Source: Bdellovibrionota bacterium (GTDB lineage: Bacteria > Bdellovibrionota_G > JALEGL01 > DATDPG01). Taken from it: DNA of 64,000 bases. Where the stretch lies: positions 1,600,001-1,664,000 of the forward strand of contig OY764265.1 of NCBI GenBank assembly GCA_963668355.1. The letters are read 5' to 3'. The notes below the pieces were generated by a model, which saw only the letters and a list, made by a program, of their open reading frames with translations, made no database searches and was not told the DNA's origin. A program made the translations under genes and the position numbers. Shown here piece by piece: positions 9,747 to 18,022 of this stretch; within the stretch, counting starts at the first letter, position 1; every line of letters begins with the position of its first letter.

Positions 9747-11156
9747 ATGACAGGACCAAAAGACCACTTAAGTTGTTTAGAGCGCGCTATATTTCGGACA
9801 CTTGTTTCTCTAGCCGTGTCTATCTCTATCGCAATGTTTGCCTTTCCTTTTGAACCTGCTTTTTCTGCAGACGTAAACTCAAGGAATAAACTTTCCCAAC
9901 AGAATCGGAACCAAGATTTCGAGAAATCGAACGGTCAATCCAAAGTGAAGGAAAAAAAGGGCGAGGGAAAGGGAGGTGATGAAAAATCTGAGTTTTTTGA
10001 GTCCGAACGTAAGTTTTTTCCTTTCGAGTTTCAGGCAGTTCCCGAAAAATTCCGGGTGAGTGATAAATTTGGAATGTTTGGTATAAATAGCCATTATCTC
10101 GTTGGTCCGGGAGACAAATTTCTTATCAATTTTTGGGGGCGAGTGGATGATAGTCTCATTGTTGTCGTCGATAGTGACAATCAGATGTTCATTCCGCGCA
10201 TTGGAATAGTTGACGCTGGGGGTTTGACCTATGGGGAGCTTGAAACGAGGGTTAGTCAGACCATTAAGAAGGCCATGCGGAATGTGAGATTTTCAGTTTC
10301 CCTCTATGAACGCAGGGAGTTTAAAGTTGATGTCGTGGGAATGGTTGAAAAGCCGGGCTCGATATTGAGCAATGCGCAGATGAGAGCCAGTGAAGTGATT
10401 GCCGCAGCGGGTGGCATTAGTTCCATGGGGTCCCGAAAGTTTATTGAGTTAAGACGAGACAAAAATACGTTTCGAGTGGATGTTCAACAGTATGTTAACT
10501 TTGGAGATACCTCTCTAAATCCGTTTGTGACAGATCATGACATGATTGTGGTTCCACCTCTTAGAGAATACGTCACGATCCGTGGGGCAGTGGTGAATCC
10601 GGGGACTTTTGAGATTCGGAACACAGATCGCTTTAAAGATGTTGTGAGACAGCTGGGCGGTTATTCTGTTCATGCAGATTTATCCGCTCCTATGAAGCTA
10701 TCTCGTGTTACTGAGGAAGGTTCACGAGAGAACTTTTCTATTTTTCACTCGGAAAATCCTAAGGAGGCCCCAAAGGCTCTCCTTGAGAACTCTTTGGTTA
10801 TGAAGAATGGGGACGAAGTTTTTATTCCTTCCCAGTTGGTCGAGATCCCCTCCGAGTCCGACTCTGTTTTTATTACAGGAGAAGTGAAATTGCCGGGCCC
10901 GAAGCCGTATCGTGGAACCATAAAGGCGGAGGAATATATCGGGTTGGCCGGTGGACTCACAAGTAGAGCTGATTATTCAGGAGCAAAGGTGTACACAACG
11001 GGTGGCAAAGAGATGCCTCTTACGAGCCAATCCAGGATCGAACCAGGAGACACAATTTATATCCCCGAACGAACGTTTAAGTTTTGGCAGGATCATTTAA
11101 CAATTGTTGTCACGTTTCTTACATTAGCTACAACCATTATCACGATTACTAAATGA
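9747..11156 (+). CDS. wza: Polysaccharide export protein (OPX/Wza-like, Poly_export plus SLBB repeats)
   Basis: 'YLVGPGDKFLINFWG', 'FIPRIGIVDAGGLT', repeated 'V.G.V..PG' SLBB motifs, hydrophobic C-terminal helix. Confidence 0.8.
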   Translation: MTGPKDHLSCLERAIFRTLVSLAVSISIAMFAFPFEPAFSADVNSRNKLSQQNRNQDFEKSNGQSKVKEKKGEGKGGDEKSEFFESERKFFPFEFQAVPEKFRVSDKFGMFGINSHYLVGPGDKFLINFWGRVDDSLIVVVDSDNQMFIPRIGIVDAGGLTYGELETRVSQTIKKAMRNVRFSVSLYERREFKVDVVGMVEKPGSILSNAQMRASEVIAAAGGISSMGSRKFIELRRDKNTFRVDVQQYVNFGDTSLNPFVTDHDMIVVPPLREYVTIRGAVVNPGTFEIRNTDRFKDVVRQLGGYSVHADLSAPMKLSRVTEEGSRENFSIFHSENPKEAPKALLENSLVMKNGDEVFIPSQLVEIPSESDSVFITGEVKLPGPKPYRGTIKAEEYIGLAGGLTSRADYSGAKVYTTGGKEMPLTSQSRIEPGDTIYIPERTFKFWQDHLTIVVTFLTLATTIITITK

Positions 11157-11752
11157 GATTTGTTTTCTTCATGAGATTTGCTTTCTTTTGCCTCCTGGTT
11201 CTTGTTTGCTCCCCCGGATCTTCGTTGGGCGAGAGCTATGCAGGTTCAACGTCTCATCAGCACTTTATTGACTTCAGAATGACCTATGTCATTCCGGAGA
11301 CTTCAACCCAGCAGATTCGGTTGCGGAGAGCAACGGGGATTGGTTTTGATTTGGCCTACCAGTTCTATTTTTCAGAGTATTTAGGGTTGGACTTTTCTCC
11401 GGGAGCCTGGTTTATGCGCGTGAAGAACCAAAGTGGGACTGATGCTGCATTATACAGCTTTTTGGTGACGACGGGCTTAGCTTTAAGACCTTTTCCTGAT
11501 ACCTATTTTGATCCGAGTTTTCTTCTTAACGGAGGGGCCTCCTTCACAGATGCAGGGGACTTGGGAAAAGGCCGCTTTAGTTTCCCCTTTTTTTCGCGAG
11601 CGGTCGTAAGTCTCTATCGATATACAAGTCGGTATAAAGACCTCTCTCTCTCATTTGCAGTTTCTGGAACCTATTACCATTACGTTCGTCAGATTTCTCT
11701 CCTTGAGGCAAGAGTGATGGATATTGGTTTAGCACTAAAGGGTTCCTTTTGA
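11153..11752 (+). CDS. Small outer-membrane beta-barrel protein (probable)
   Basis: Signal peptide, alternating amphipathic strands, terminal 'DIGLALKGSF' beta-signal; overlaps the wza stop. Confidence 0.55.
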   Translation: MRFVFFMRFAFFCLLVLVCSPGSSLGESYAGSTSHQHFIDFRMTYVIPETSTQQIRLRRATGIGFDLAYQFYFSEYLGLDFSPGAWFMRVKNQSGTDAALYSFLVTTGLALRPFPDTYFDPSFLLNGGASFTDAGDLGKGRFSFPFFSRAVVSLYRYTSRYKDLSLSFAVSGTYYHYVRQISLLEARVMDIGLALKGSF

Positions 11753-11911
11753 ACTGTTGGTCTGGTTCGGGCTTTTAAAAGGCATAGGATTCCTCTCTCA
11801 GTCTTTTACAGGATGGTTATTAGATATAAACCCTATGGGTAAATTTCTTGGGTTTTGGTCAGGCGGCCTTATTGTTGATCCAACGGCTACTTCATGCTCA
11901 TCCATGGAAAT

Positions 11912-12994
11912 CTAAGGCGCGGTTTTGTCGTGTTCTGCCTTAACGAGTGGATGTGGATAAGTAAAAGGCTCATAATCATCTAGTACCTTTTCATAGTACT
12001 CTGGGGAACCTTTTATGGATCCCAGTAACGTGACTTGTTCGTCTAGGATGTTGTCCCAGAAATATACCGGGCCAGTAGACTCAGATGTCGTTTCCCAGAG
12101 GGAGATAGCATATGTATAGCTCGATATTGTATTACCCCATATAATACCCTTGCCGCCACGAATGCGAACTGCAGCGACAGGTTCGATGGGGTCTTCGAAG
12201 ACATTGTTATAAACTTCAATCCATTCGGTTCCGAAGTTGCTGTCCCCGTTATATTCATCTCCATGTGCATCGACCGTGTGAGAATTTACATTGTTCGCAA
12301 CAAAGTTATTGCGAAACACGTATCGGGCCCCTCGATTTGACGCTACCGCATGACGCGTGGCTGAAAAAAAATTGTCTTCGATGAAAGTGCAATCGGGACT
12401 TCCAAATGGAAAATCGGAATATTCGTCATTGCCCATAACCGTGACGCCATATCCCAAGTTATTTATGGCTGGTTTAAACGTATCCGCAATCTCATTGTGA
12501 TCCACAACGCCGGAGCTGTTTCCCGTGATCAGTACACCAGAATATCCCTGGTATCGGATAACGGAATTGTCTATGCGAAAATCGCGAACATTCTCAAGCT
12601 GTATAGCCTTTTCGGCGGCTATGGAATTTTCTCCAGACACACCATACATATGCAGGTTTGTAACCCGAAAATCAGAAGTGTCTCGTGCTAAGAAAAACGC
12701 AGCGTTTCGAAGGTCAGCATTAACATCGTCGGAACTTCGATAAAGGACAGTCCTTCCATCGGTAGAACCCGAAATTGTGATGTCATCACTTTCGATAAAT
12801 ACAGTTCCGATGAGCTCCCATTCACCCGCAGGAATCACTACGACACCAGCACCGTCGAGTCTATCGATAGTCCGCTGAATGTCGGAGCGACTCCCAGTAG
12901 GTGCGATCTCACGTCTAGTGTCTGAGTGACACCCTAGGATAGAGATCGTGGCCGAGAGGCCCAGTATTGTTAATAGTTTCACAGAAAGTTCCAA
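11912..12994 (-). CDS. Lipoprotein with right-handed parallel beta-helix (pectin-lyase-like, polysaccharide-acting)
   Basis: Lipobox 'ILGC'; 'GVVVIPAGEW' and repeated 'I.NN.F' beta-helix coils. Confidence 0.75.
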   Translation of the reverse strand: MELSVKLLTILGLSATISILGCHSDTRREIAPTGSRSDIQRTIDRLDGAGVVVIPAGEWELIGTVFIESDDITISGSTDGRTVLYRSSDDVNADLRNAAFFLARDTSDFRVTNLHMYGVSGENSIAAEKAIQLENVRDFRIDNSVIRYQGYSGVLITGNSSGVVDHNEIADTFKPAINNLGYGVTVMGNDEYSDFPFGSPDCTFIEDNFFSATRHAVASNRGARYVFRNNFVANNVNSHTVDAHGDEYNGDSNFGTEWIEVYNNVFEDPIEPVAAVRIRGGKGIIWGNTISSYTYAISLWETTSESTGPVYFWDNILDEQVTLLGSIKGSPEYYEKVLDDYEPFTYPHPLVKAEHDKTAP

Positions 12995-13210
12995 AACTTA
13001 TTGTAACGAGAGCCCCTCTTTAACAAAGAAATTTTCCTAGTAGGTTGGCTTCGGGCAAGCACGGCTTCTTTCTCAGGTTCAAATAGTTGAGAGCGTCGCT
13101 CTCAGTTTTTTGAGACCCGCGGTTTGGCATCGTGTGGCCGTATTTTTAAAATAAAAAAACAATAAATTCAACATGTTGCTGTTTTTTGTGCGCGCGGTTT
13201 TTAAGTTCTA

Positions 13211-13226
13211 TGGCACAGAGCTTGCT
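13211..13226 (+). promoter_or_regulatory. Sigma-54 (-24/-12) promoter
   Basis: TGGCACAGAGCTTGCT matches TGGCAC-N5-TTGC; IHF-like TTCAACATGTTG at 13167-13178. Confidence 0.75.
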
Positions 13227-13240
13227 TGCATGGTTGGCAA

Positions 13241-14440
13241 ATGAAAGAGCCCATGCTCATAATGATGCTGATCGCGACGTTTGCTTCTTTCGCACTGACG
13301 TTTGGATTGATGCCTATGGTTTTTGGTTTGGCCGGCGTTATCGGTGCGATGGACGAGCCTGGAGGACGGAAGATTCATGTCGTGGCGACTCCGAGAATCG
13401 GAGGCCTGGCCATATTTTTGGGGCTTATTTTTGGCCTTCTGATTTTATGTTTTGCGCTCAGAGGCTCACATGTAGGGATTTCACCTCTGATCTTCTTACT
13501 GGGCGTTCCTATGGCCTTTTTGATTGGATTTGTGGATGACCTAAAGGGGTTAAGGTCTTCTCACAAACTATTGGGCCAATTGGCCCTTGGCGTACTTGTC
13601 TTTTTCTTAGGATTTAAGGTTTCTGCTTTTTCAATTGGTGCCGGATACCGATTGGATTTGGGTGTTCTTTCGTTTCCCGTGACCGTTTTGTGGGTTGCCG
13701 GAGTGATGAATGCGGTCAACTTAATTGACGGATTGGATGGTTTGGCGGGAGGACTCTCGGCGATTGCTTTGTTGGCCATTGGAATATTGTCTTTAATGGT
13801 TGGAAACGTTTTTGGGGCGGGTGTCGCTTTTGTGACGGTGGCCGCCATTTTGGCCTTTTTATGTTTTAATTTCCCTCCGGCTCAAATTTTTATGGGAGAT
13901 TGTGGGAGCATGGTATTGGGGTTTCTTTTGGCCATATTGACCATGTCCATTTCGCCATCCGGAGCCGGGAAGGTGTCTGTTTTTGTCCCCGTATTTTTGT
14001 TGGCTCTTCCTTTTGTAGATATGTTCGTTGCGATTCTCAGAAGAGCAATTCGGGCAAATGACAAACAGGTGGAGATGAATCGAAGTGGTTTTCGAAGATT
14101 TGTGAAGGCGATGGTGGTGGAAGTGTTGGCTGCAGATGGAGATCATATTCATCATCGCTTGATTGCCCGAGGTCACTCCACTCGAAAAGTGGTTCTTTCT
14201 CTGTATTTTTTGTCTGCCATGGCTTCGATTTCTGCGGGTGCTGTGTTTTTAATGCCCACGGTGTTGGGGTGGATGCTCGTATCTTTTTTGGTGGTGATTT
14301 GTCACCAACTCGTCTTGTCCTTGGAGTATGAAGAGTTTTTACCTCCGAATTTGCGTAGGCTTCGGCGCCAACTCAATGTGGAGCAAACGATAGAATCAAA
14401 GGGCTCTTTGATTCAGAGAGTTTCTGAATCTTCGAGATAA
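13241..14440 (+). CDS. wecA: Undecaprenyl-phosphate HexNAc-1-phosphate transferase (WecA/TagO, MraY superfamily)
   Basis: 'RKIH...TPRIGG', 'GFVDD', 'NAVNLIDGLDGLA', 'IFMGDCGS', 'HIHHRL'; start moved downstream of the sigma-54 site. Confidence 0.88.
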   Translation: MKEPMLIMMLIATFASFALTFGLMPMVFGLAGVIGAMDEPGGRKIHVVATPRIGGLAIFLGLIFGLLILCFALRGSHVGISPLIFLLGVPMAFLIGFVDDLKGLRSSHKLLGQLALGVLVFFLGFKVSAFSIGAGYRLDLGVLSFPVTVLWVAGVMNAVNLIDGLDGLAGGLSAIALLAIGILSLMVGNVFGAGVAFVTVAAILAFLCFNFPPAQIFMGDCGSMVLGFLLAILTMSISPSGAGKVSVFVPVFLLALPFVDMFVAILRRAIRANDKQVEMNRSGFRRFVKAMVVEVLAADGDHIHHRLIARGHSTRKVVLSLYFLSAMASISAGAVFLMPTVLGWMLVSFLVVICHQLVLSLEYEEFLPPNLRRLRRQLNVEQTIESKGSLIQRVSESSR

Positions 14441-14442
14441 TT

Positions 14443-15696
14443 CTATTTGTAGGCCATGGGGTCTTCTTGCCAGCCCGTGAACTTTGCCGCACCAAGATTG
14501 TTTGCACTGGAAACTCTCATGTAAATGGTTTGTGGTTCCAGGATGGGAACCCATCCCGAGTTCAAGTTGACGGTTTCTGCCTCTTGAAGACGCACTTGAA
14601 TGCTGTCTGAAGCTCTTGTCTCGCCGACTGTTTCTACACCCGTCACCATTAAGTAGGTGTCTATTTCACCTCCTCCAGCCAATCCATCAATGTAAGTCTG
14701 AAACCAGCCCATTTCGGCCGTAACCGGAATTACGTTGAGAATGTGTTTTTCAAACCCGGTAGAGTCTGCGCCAGATTGTGTTTCAATGACTAATTCATTA
14801 AAGGCGATATATCTTCCATGTGAGGCCTTAAATGCATTGATCTGTGAAACTCCTGAACTGGTCGATGCCGAGCCAATATAGGACCATGAGCTATACCCGG
14901 AGGGGCCAGCAGATGTTTTATCGTTGGGAGGAGTCTGGGAGGCTACAATATCAAATGTGCGGCCGGTAGTGGCCGGAATGGCATAGAGGTAATAAGCAAT
15001 GTTTTTGTCAAACACGCTTTCGGAATCCAATCCCCCTCTTGGGTTTTCTGTTTGGCTAATATTCACCGTAGCGGGATTGGTTGAATCGGTATTTGCGTAG
15101 AGTTTTCCGTCGATGTTGACGACAGCGGGGCTTGCTTTGCTTCCAGGAACCGTAACAACGGTACCGCTTGATGTGGCAGTGTAGGCAGGTTTATGAGAAG
15201 CGGTGATGCGCTCGTACCAGGAGAGTTGGGTTCCCCATTGCCAGAAGTCGCCGTTTAGCATTTCTCTTTGAACCCAGGGAATCCACAGTGTGTTTTCATC
15301 TGTTCGGTGAAAGAGGACGACGGGGCCTGAGGTTTCGGTTCGTTCGGGGACGGTGCCGCCTGCTGCGATTTCGAGGGCTTCGACGGTTTGGTTGGTTTCG
15401 GGGGCGATGGCGCGCTCAAAATAGGCGACGTCGTTTTCATTAGTGAGTGGGATGGGGGAGGCAGCGGTTGTGATGGTCGTGACTTTGTCGGTGCGGTGAT
15501 CTCTTACGACAATATTTCCGGTAAAGGAGACTTGTTTGTTGGTGGAATCCCAGGAGATTTTTCCGCCTCCGGAGATCGTTAAATTGCGGTCTTCGGGAAC
15601 CTCGGTCAGCACCGAGGAAGGCGTTTCATCCAACCCACAAGAAGTGAGCGCGAGAGCGATTGTAAATAACCAAAGGAATGATGTGTTGATTTTCAT
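14443..15696 (-). CDS. Lipoprotein, paralogue B; C-terminal phage tail-fibre-like domain
   Basis: Lipobox 'LTSC', RBS AAGGAG; first 172 aa identical to paralogue A; 'RGGLDSE...IAYYLYAIP'. Confidence 0.75.
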   Translation of the reverse strand: MKINTSFLWLFTIALALTSCGLDETPSSVLTEVPEDRNLTISGGGKISWDSTNKQVSFTGNIVVRDHRTDKVTTITTAASPIPLTNENDVAYFERAIAPETNQTVEALEIAAGGTVPERTETSGPVVLFHRTDENTLWIPWVQREMLNGDFWQWGTQLSWYERITASHKPAYTATSSGTVVTVPGSKASPAVVNIDGKLYANTDSTNPATVNISQTENPRGGLDSESVFDKNIAYYLYAIPATTGRTFDIVASQTPPNDKTSAGPSGYSSWSYIGSASTSSGVSQINAFKASHGRYIAFNELVIETQSGADSTGFEKHILNVIPVTAEMGWFQTYIDGLAGGGEIDTYLMVTGVETVGETRASDSIQVRLQEAETVNLNSGWVPILEPQTIYMRVSSANNLGAAKFTGWQEDPMAYK

Positions 15697-15744
15697 GTCT
15701 GTCTCCTTGTTTTATTTGTAGGCCATGGGGTCTTCTTGCCAGCC
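14444..15744. repeat. 32-bp perfect direct repeat at the 3' ends of both paralogues (14444-14475 and 15713-15744)
   Basis: tatttgtaggccatggggtcttcttgccagcc occurs in both copies. Confidence 0.95.
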
Positions 15745-16934
15745 TTTGAGACTAAAAGAAACGATGTTGTTCCCGTTTTGTAGATTGAGATAAATAGTAG
15801 CTGGAGTGGTGAGAGATGTTTCTACATCGTTGTATACGATAATGGTTGGATCTGTTTGGGTTCTAACGAATCCAGTGCAGGCCTCCACTCCTCCAATACA
15901 TCCCCAGCGATCTGAAACAGTCCCTGAAATTTGTAGTCTTCCTGAAACTTTGGTTGCTGTTGTTGGACAGTTTTCTATTGTTTTCGCTGTGGCGTCTGTG
16001 CTTTCTGTCAATTGTTCACTCGCAATATAGGTTCCTGCGTTCTGAAAATTTCCTAGACTTGCGAAAAAGCTATCGACTTCGACTAGGGTATTGTCTGTTG
16101 CGAAAGAACCAAGGTATGACCAAGAACTAAAGCTTGTTGGTCCAGGGCTTAAATCATTGGGTGCTGTGGTTGAGGAAACGAGGTCGAACGTTCGGCCTGT
16201 GGTCGCCGGTATGGCGTAGAGGTAATAAGCAGTATTGGCTGATTTGGTTTCTGTGTCTAGTCCCCCTCGCCCGGTTGTGTCTAAGTCCATGACGGTGCGT
16301 GAAGTATTTGCGTAGAGTTTTCCATCGATATTAACGACTGCCGGAGAAGAGGGACTCGCGGGAACTGCGACTTGGGAATCATCTTCATTGATGCCGTTGT
16401 TTCTGTAGGCAGGTTTATGAGAAGCGGTGATTCTTTCGTACCAGGAGAGTTGGGTTCCCCATTGCCAGAAGTCGCCGTTTAGCATTTCTCTTTGAACCCA
16501 GGGAATCCACAGTGTGTTTTCATCGGTTCGGTGAAAGAGAACAACGGGGCCTGAGGTTTCGGTTCGTTCGGGGACTGTGCCGCCTGCTGCGATTTCGAGG
16601 GCTTCGACGGTTTGGTTGGTTTCGGGGGCGATGGCGCGCTCAAAATAGGCGACGTCGTTTTCATTAGTGAGTGGGATGGGGGAGGCAGCAGTTGTGATGG
16701 TCGTGACTTTGTCGGTGCGGTGATCTCTTACGACAATATTTCCGGTAAAGGAGACTTGTTTGTTGGTGGAATCCCAGGAGATTTTTCCGCCTCCGGAGAT
16801 CGTTAAATTGCGGTCTTCGGGAACCTCGGTCAACACCGAGGAGGGTGTTTCATCCAACCCACAGGAAGTAAGCGCGAGAGCGATCGTAAATAACCAAAGG
16901 AATGATGTGTTGATTTTCATGTCTGTCTCCTTGT
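15180..16934. repeat. Direct repeat of about 530 bp (15180-15710 and 16404-16934, offset 1224 bp)
   Basis: Near-identical nucleotide blocks, about 14 differences counted by eye, all synonymous; includes the RBS. Confidence 0.95.
15712..16920 (-). CDS. Lipoprotein, paralogue A; C-terminal phage tail-fibre-like domain
   Basis: Same N-terminus and RBS as paralogue B; 'GRGGLDTETKSANTAYYLYAIP'; same terminal GWQEDPMAYK. Confidence 0.75.
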   Translation of the reverse strand: MKINTSFLWLFTIALALTSCGLDETPSSVLTEVPEDRNLTISGGGKISWDSTNKQVSFTGNIVVRDHRTDKVTTITTAASPIPLTNENDVAYFERAIAPETNQTVEALEIAAGGTVPERTETSGPVVLFHRTDENTLWIPWVQREMLNGDFWQWGTQLSWYERITASHKPAYRNNGINEDDSQVAVPASPSSPAVVNIDGKLYANTSRTVMDLDTTGRGGLDTETKSANTAYYLYAIPATTGRTFDLVSSTTAPNDLSPGPTSFSSWSYLGSFATDNTLVEVDSFFASLGNFQNAGTYIASEQLTESTDATAKTIENCPTTATKVSGRLQISGTVSDRWGCIGGVEACTGFVRTQTDPTIIVYNDVETSLTTPATIYLNLQNGNNIVSFSLKGWQEDPMAYK

Positions 16935-16946
16935 CCGTAGACGTTT

Positions 16947-16963
16947 ATCAATGGTCGTGCCAA
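16947..16963 (-). promoter_or_regulatory. Sigma-54 promoter candidate (GA variant at -12)
   Basis: Minus strand TTGGCACGACCATTGAT, 15/17 identical to the site at 39446; IHF-like TTCAGCTGGTTA at 16978-16989. Confidence 0.6.
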
Positions 16964-17082
16964 TGGTGTTTTTTCCATAACCAGCTGAAATAAAAGAAAA
17001 GTTCAAAAAGGGGCGAGTGCAGTTCTCTCTAAAGGAGGCCGAAAATCGAACTCGGGGGATTCGAATTTCGAAAGGCATCACG

Positions 17083-17919
17083 TTAGAAACGGTAAGTGAG
17101 GAAGGGGCCGTTGAGTTCGAGGCCGGCCTTTTGTTTCTTGGTTTTCTTTTTATAAACGAGGACAGCATCAATGATGCCCCAGGCGGTTGAAACCGCGCCC
17201 AAGCCAATCGATCCCCAAACCAGACCGCGATACACATTGGCGCGGTTAGGGTGTGTAAAGCTTCCGCTCGGGTCCTCTTCGCTTTTAAATAAGAGGTAGA
17301 AGGTGACGCCAGATGCAATTGCGCCGACTTGTGTGCCTAAAAAGGCCCAGGCTTTTCCATCTTCTTGGTTGGCAAATTGTCCGGTCCCAAAGGGCATGTA
17401 TCGTTTCCAGAGTCCCGGACTCAAGGTCTCTGCTTGAGGTTGAGTGGGTTGAATTTGGAGGGAGGAGGTTGGCTTCGCCGGAACGGGTTCGGGTTTTTTC
17501 TTTCGTTTTTTTGTGGGTGGTTTTTTTCCGCGTTTGATGGAGGCGAATAGCGACCGACAGGGGTTGGTTCTCACCAGTTTTTGGATGGATTCAGTGGGAG
17601 AAAACGTCAGAAGGGTTTCAAAGTGGTTTCGGGCTTGGGGGTGGTCTCCCAACTCACAGTACGCCACACCCAGGACTTTATGGGCGAGAATGATTTCTTC
17701 GACGGTGTTGAGCAGCAATTTATCGAGCAAAGGTTTGCTGATCTCAATGGCCGTTTCGTATTCCTTCGCAAGTACTTGCGTTTCAGCCTGCTCTAACTTT
17801 TCCAGGGTCGAACTGGCCGCAAAAACGGGGGAAAGGGTGAATCCAAAGACAATGACCGAAACTAACCAACTCTTGAAGCGCATTTCTTGTGCAATGAATC
17901 GTAAAATTGGCTTAAACAC
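17083..17919 (-). CDS. Exported TPR protein with Lys/Pro linker and hydrophobic C-terminal region
   Basis: Signal peptide; TPR 'AHKVLGVAYCELGDHPQARNHFETLLTFSP'; terminal 'FLTYRF'. Confidence 0.7.
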   Translation of the reverse strand: MFKPILRFIAQEMRFKSWLVSVIVFGFTLSPVFAASSTLEKLEQAETQVLAKEYETAIEISKPLLDKLLLNTVEEIILAHKVLGVAYCELGDHPQARNHFETLLTFSPTESIQKLVRTNPCRSLFASIKRGKKPPTKKRKKKPEPVPAKPTSSLQIQPTQPQAETLSPGLWKRYMPFGTGQFANQEDGKAWAFLGTQVGAIASGVTFYLLFKSEEDPSGSFTHPNRANVYRGLVWGSIGLGAVSTAWGIIDAVLVYKKKTKKQKAGLELNGPFLTYRF

Positions 17920-18022
17920 AAGATTTTCCTTAAAGCGAGATTAGATGCGGCTTTCATGCTGTTCTGATGCGGGTTCTGGCACTTTGCGGCAATTTGGATT
18001 TTCGAGTATATAGGGCTAGATC

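Noticed and set aside
14443..16920. Prophage or tailocin
   Set aside because: Only a fibre-like motif is present; the proteins have lipoprotein signals and there are no capsid, tail, integrase or lysis genes.
14443..16934. Diversity-generating retroelement (TR/VR pair)
   Set aside because: Differences are not adenine-specific, the variable part contains indels, both copies are full genes, and there is no reverse transcriptase in the window.
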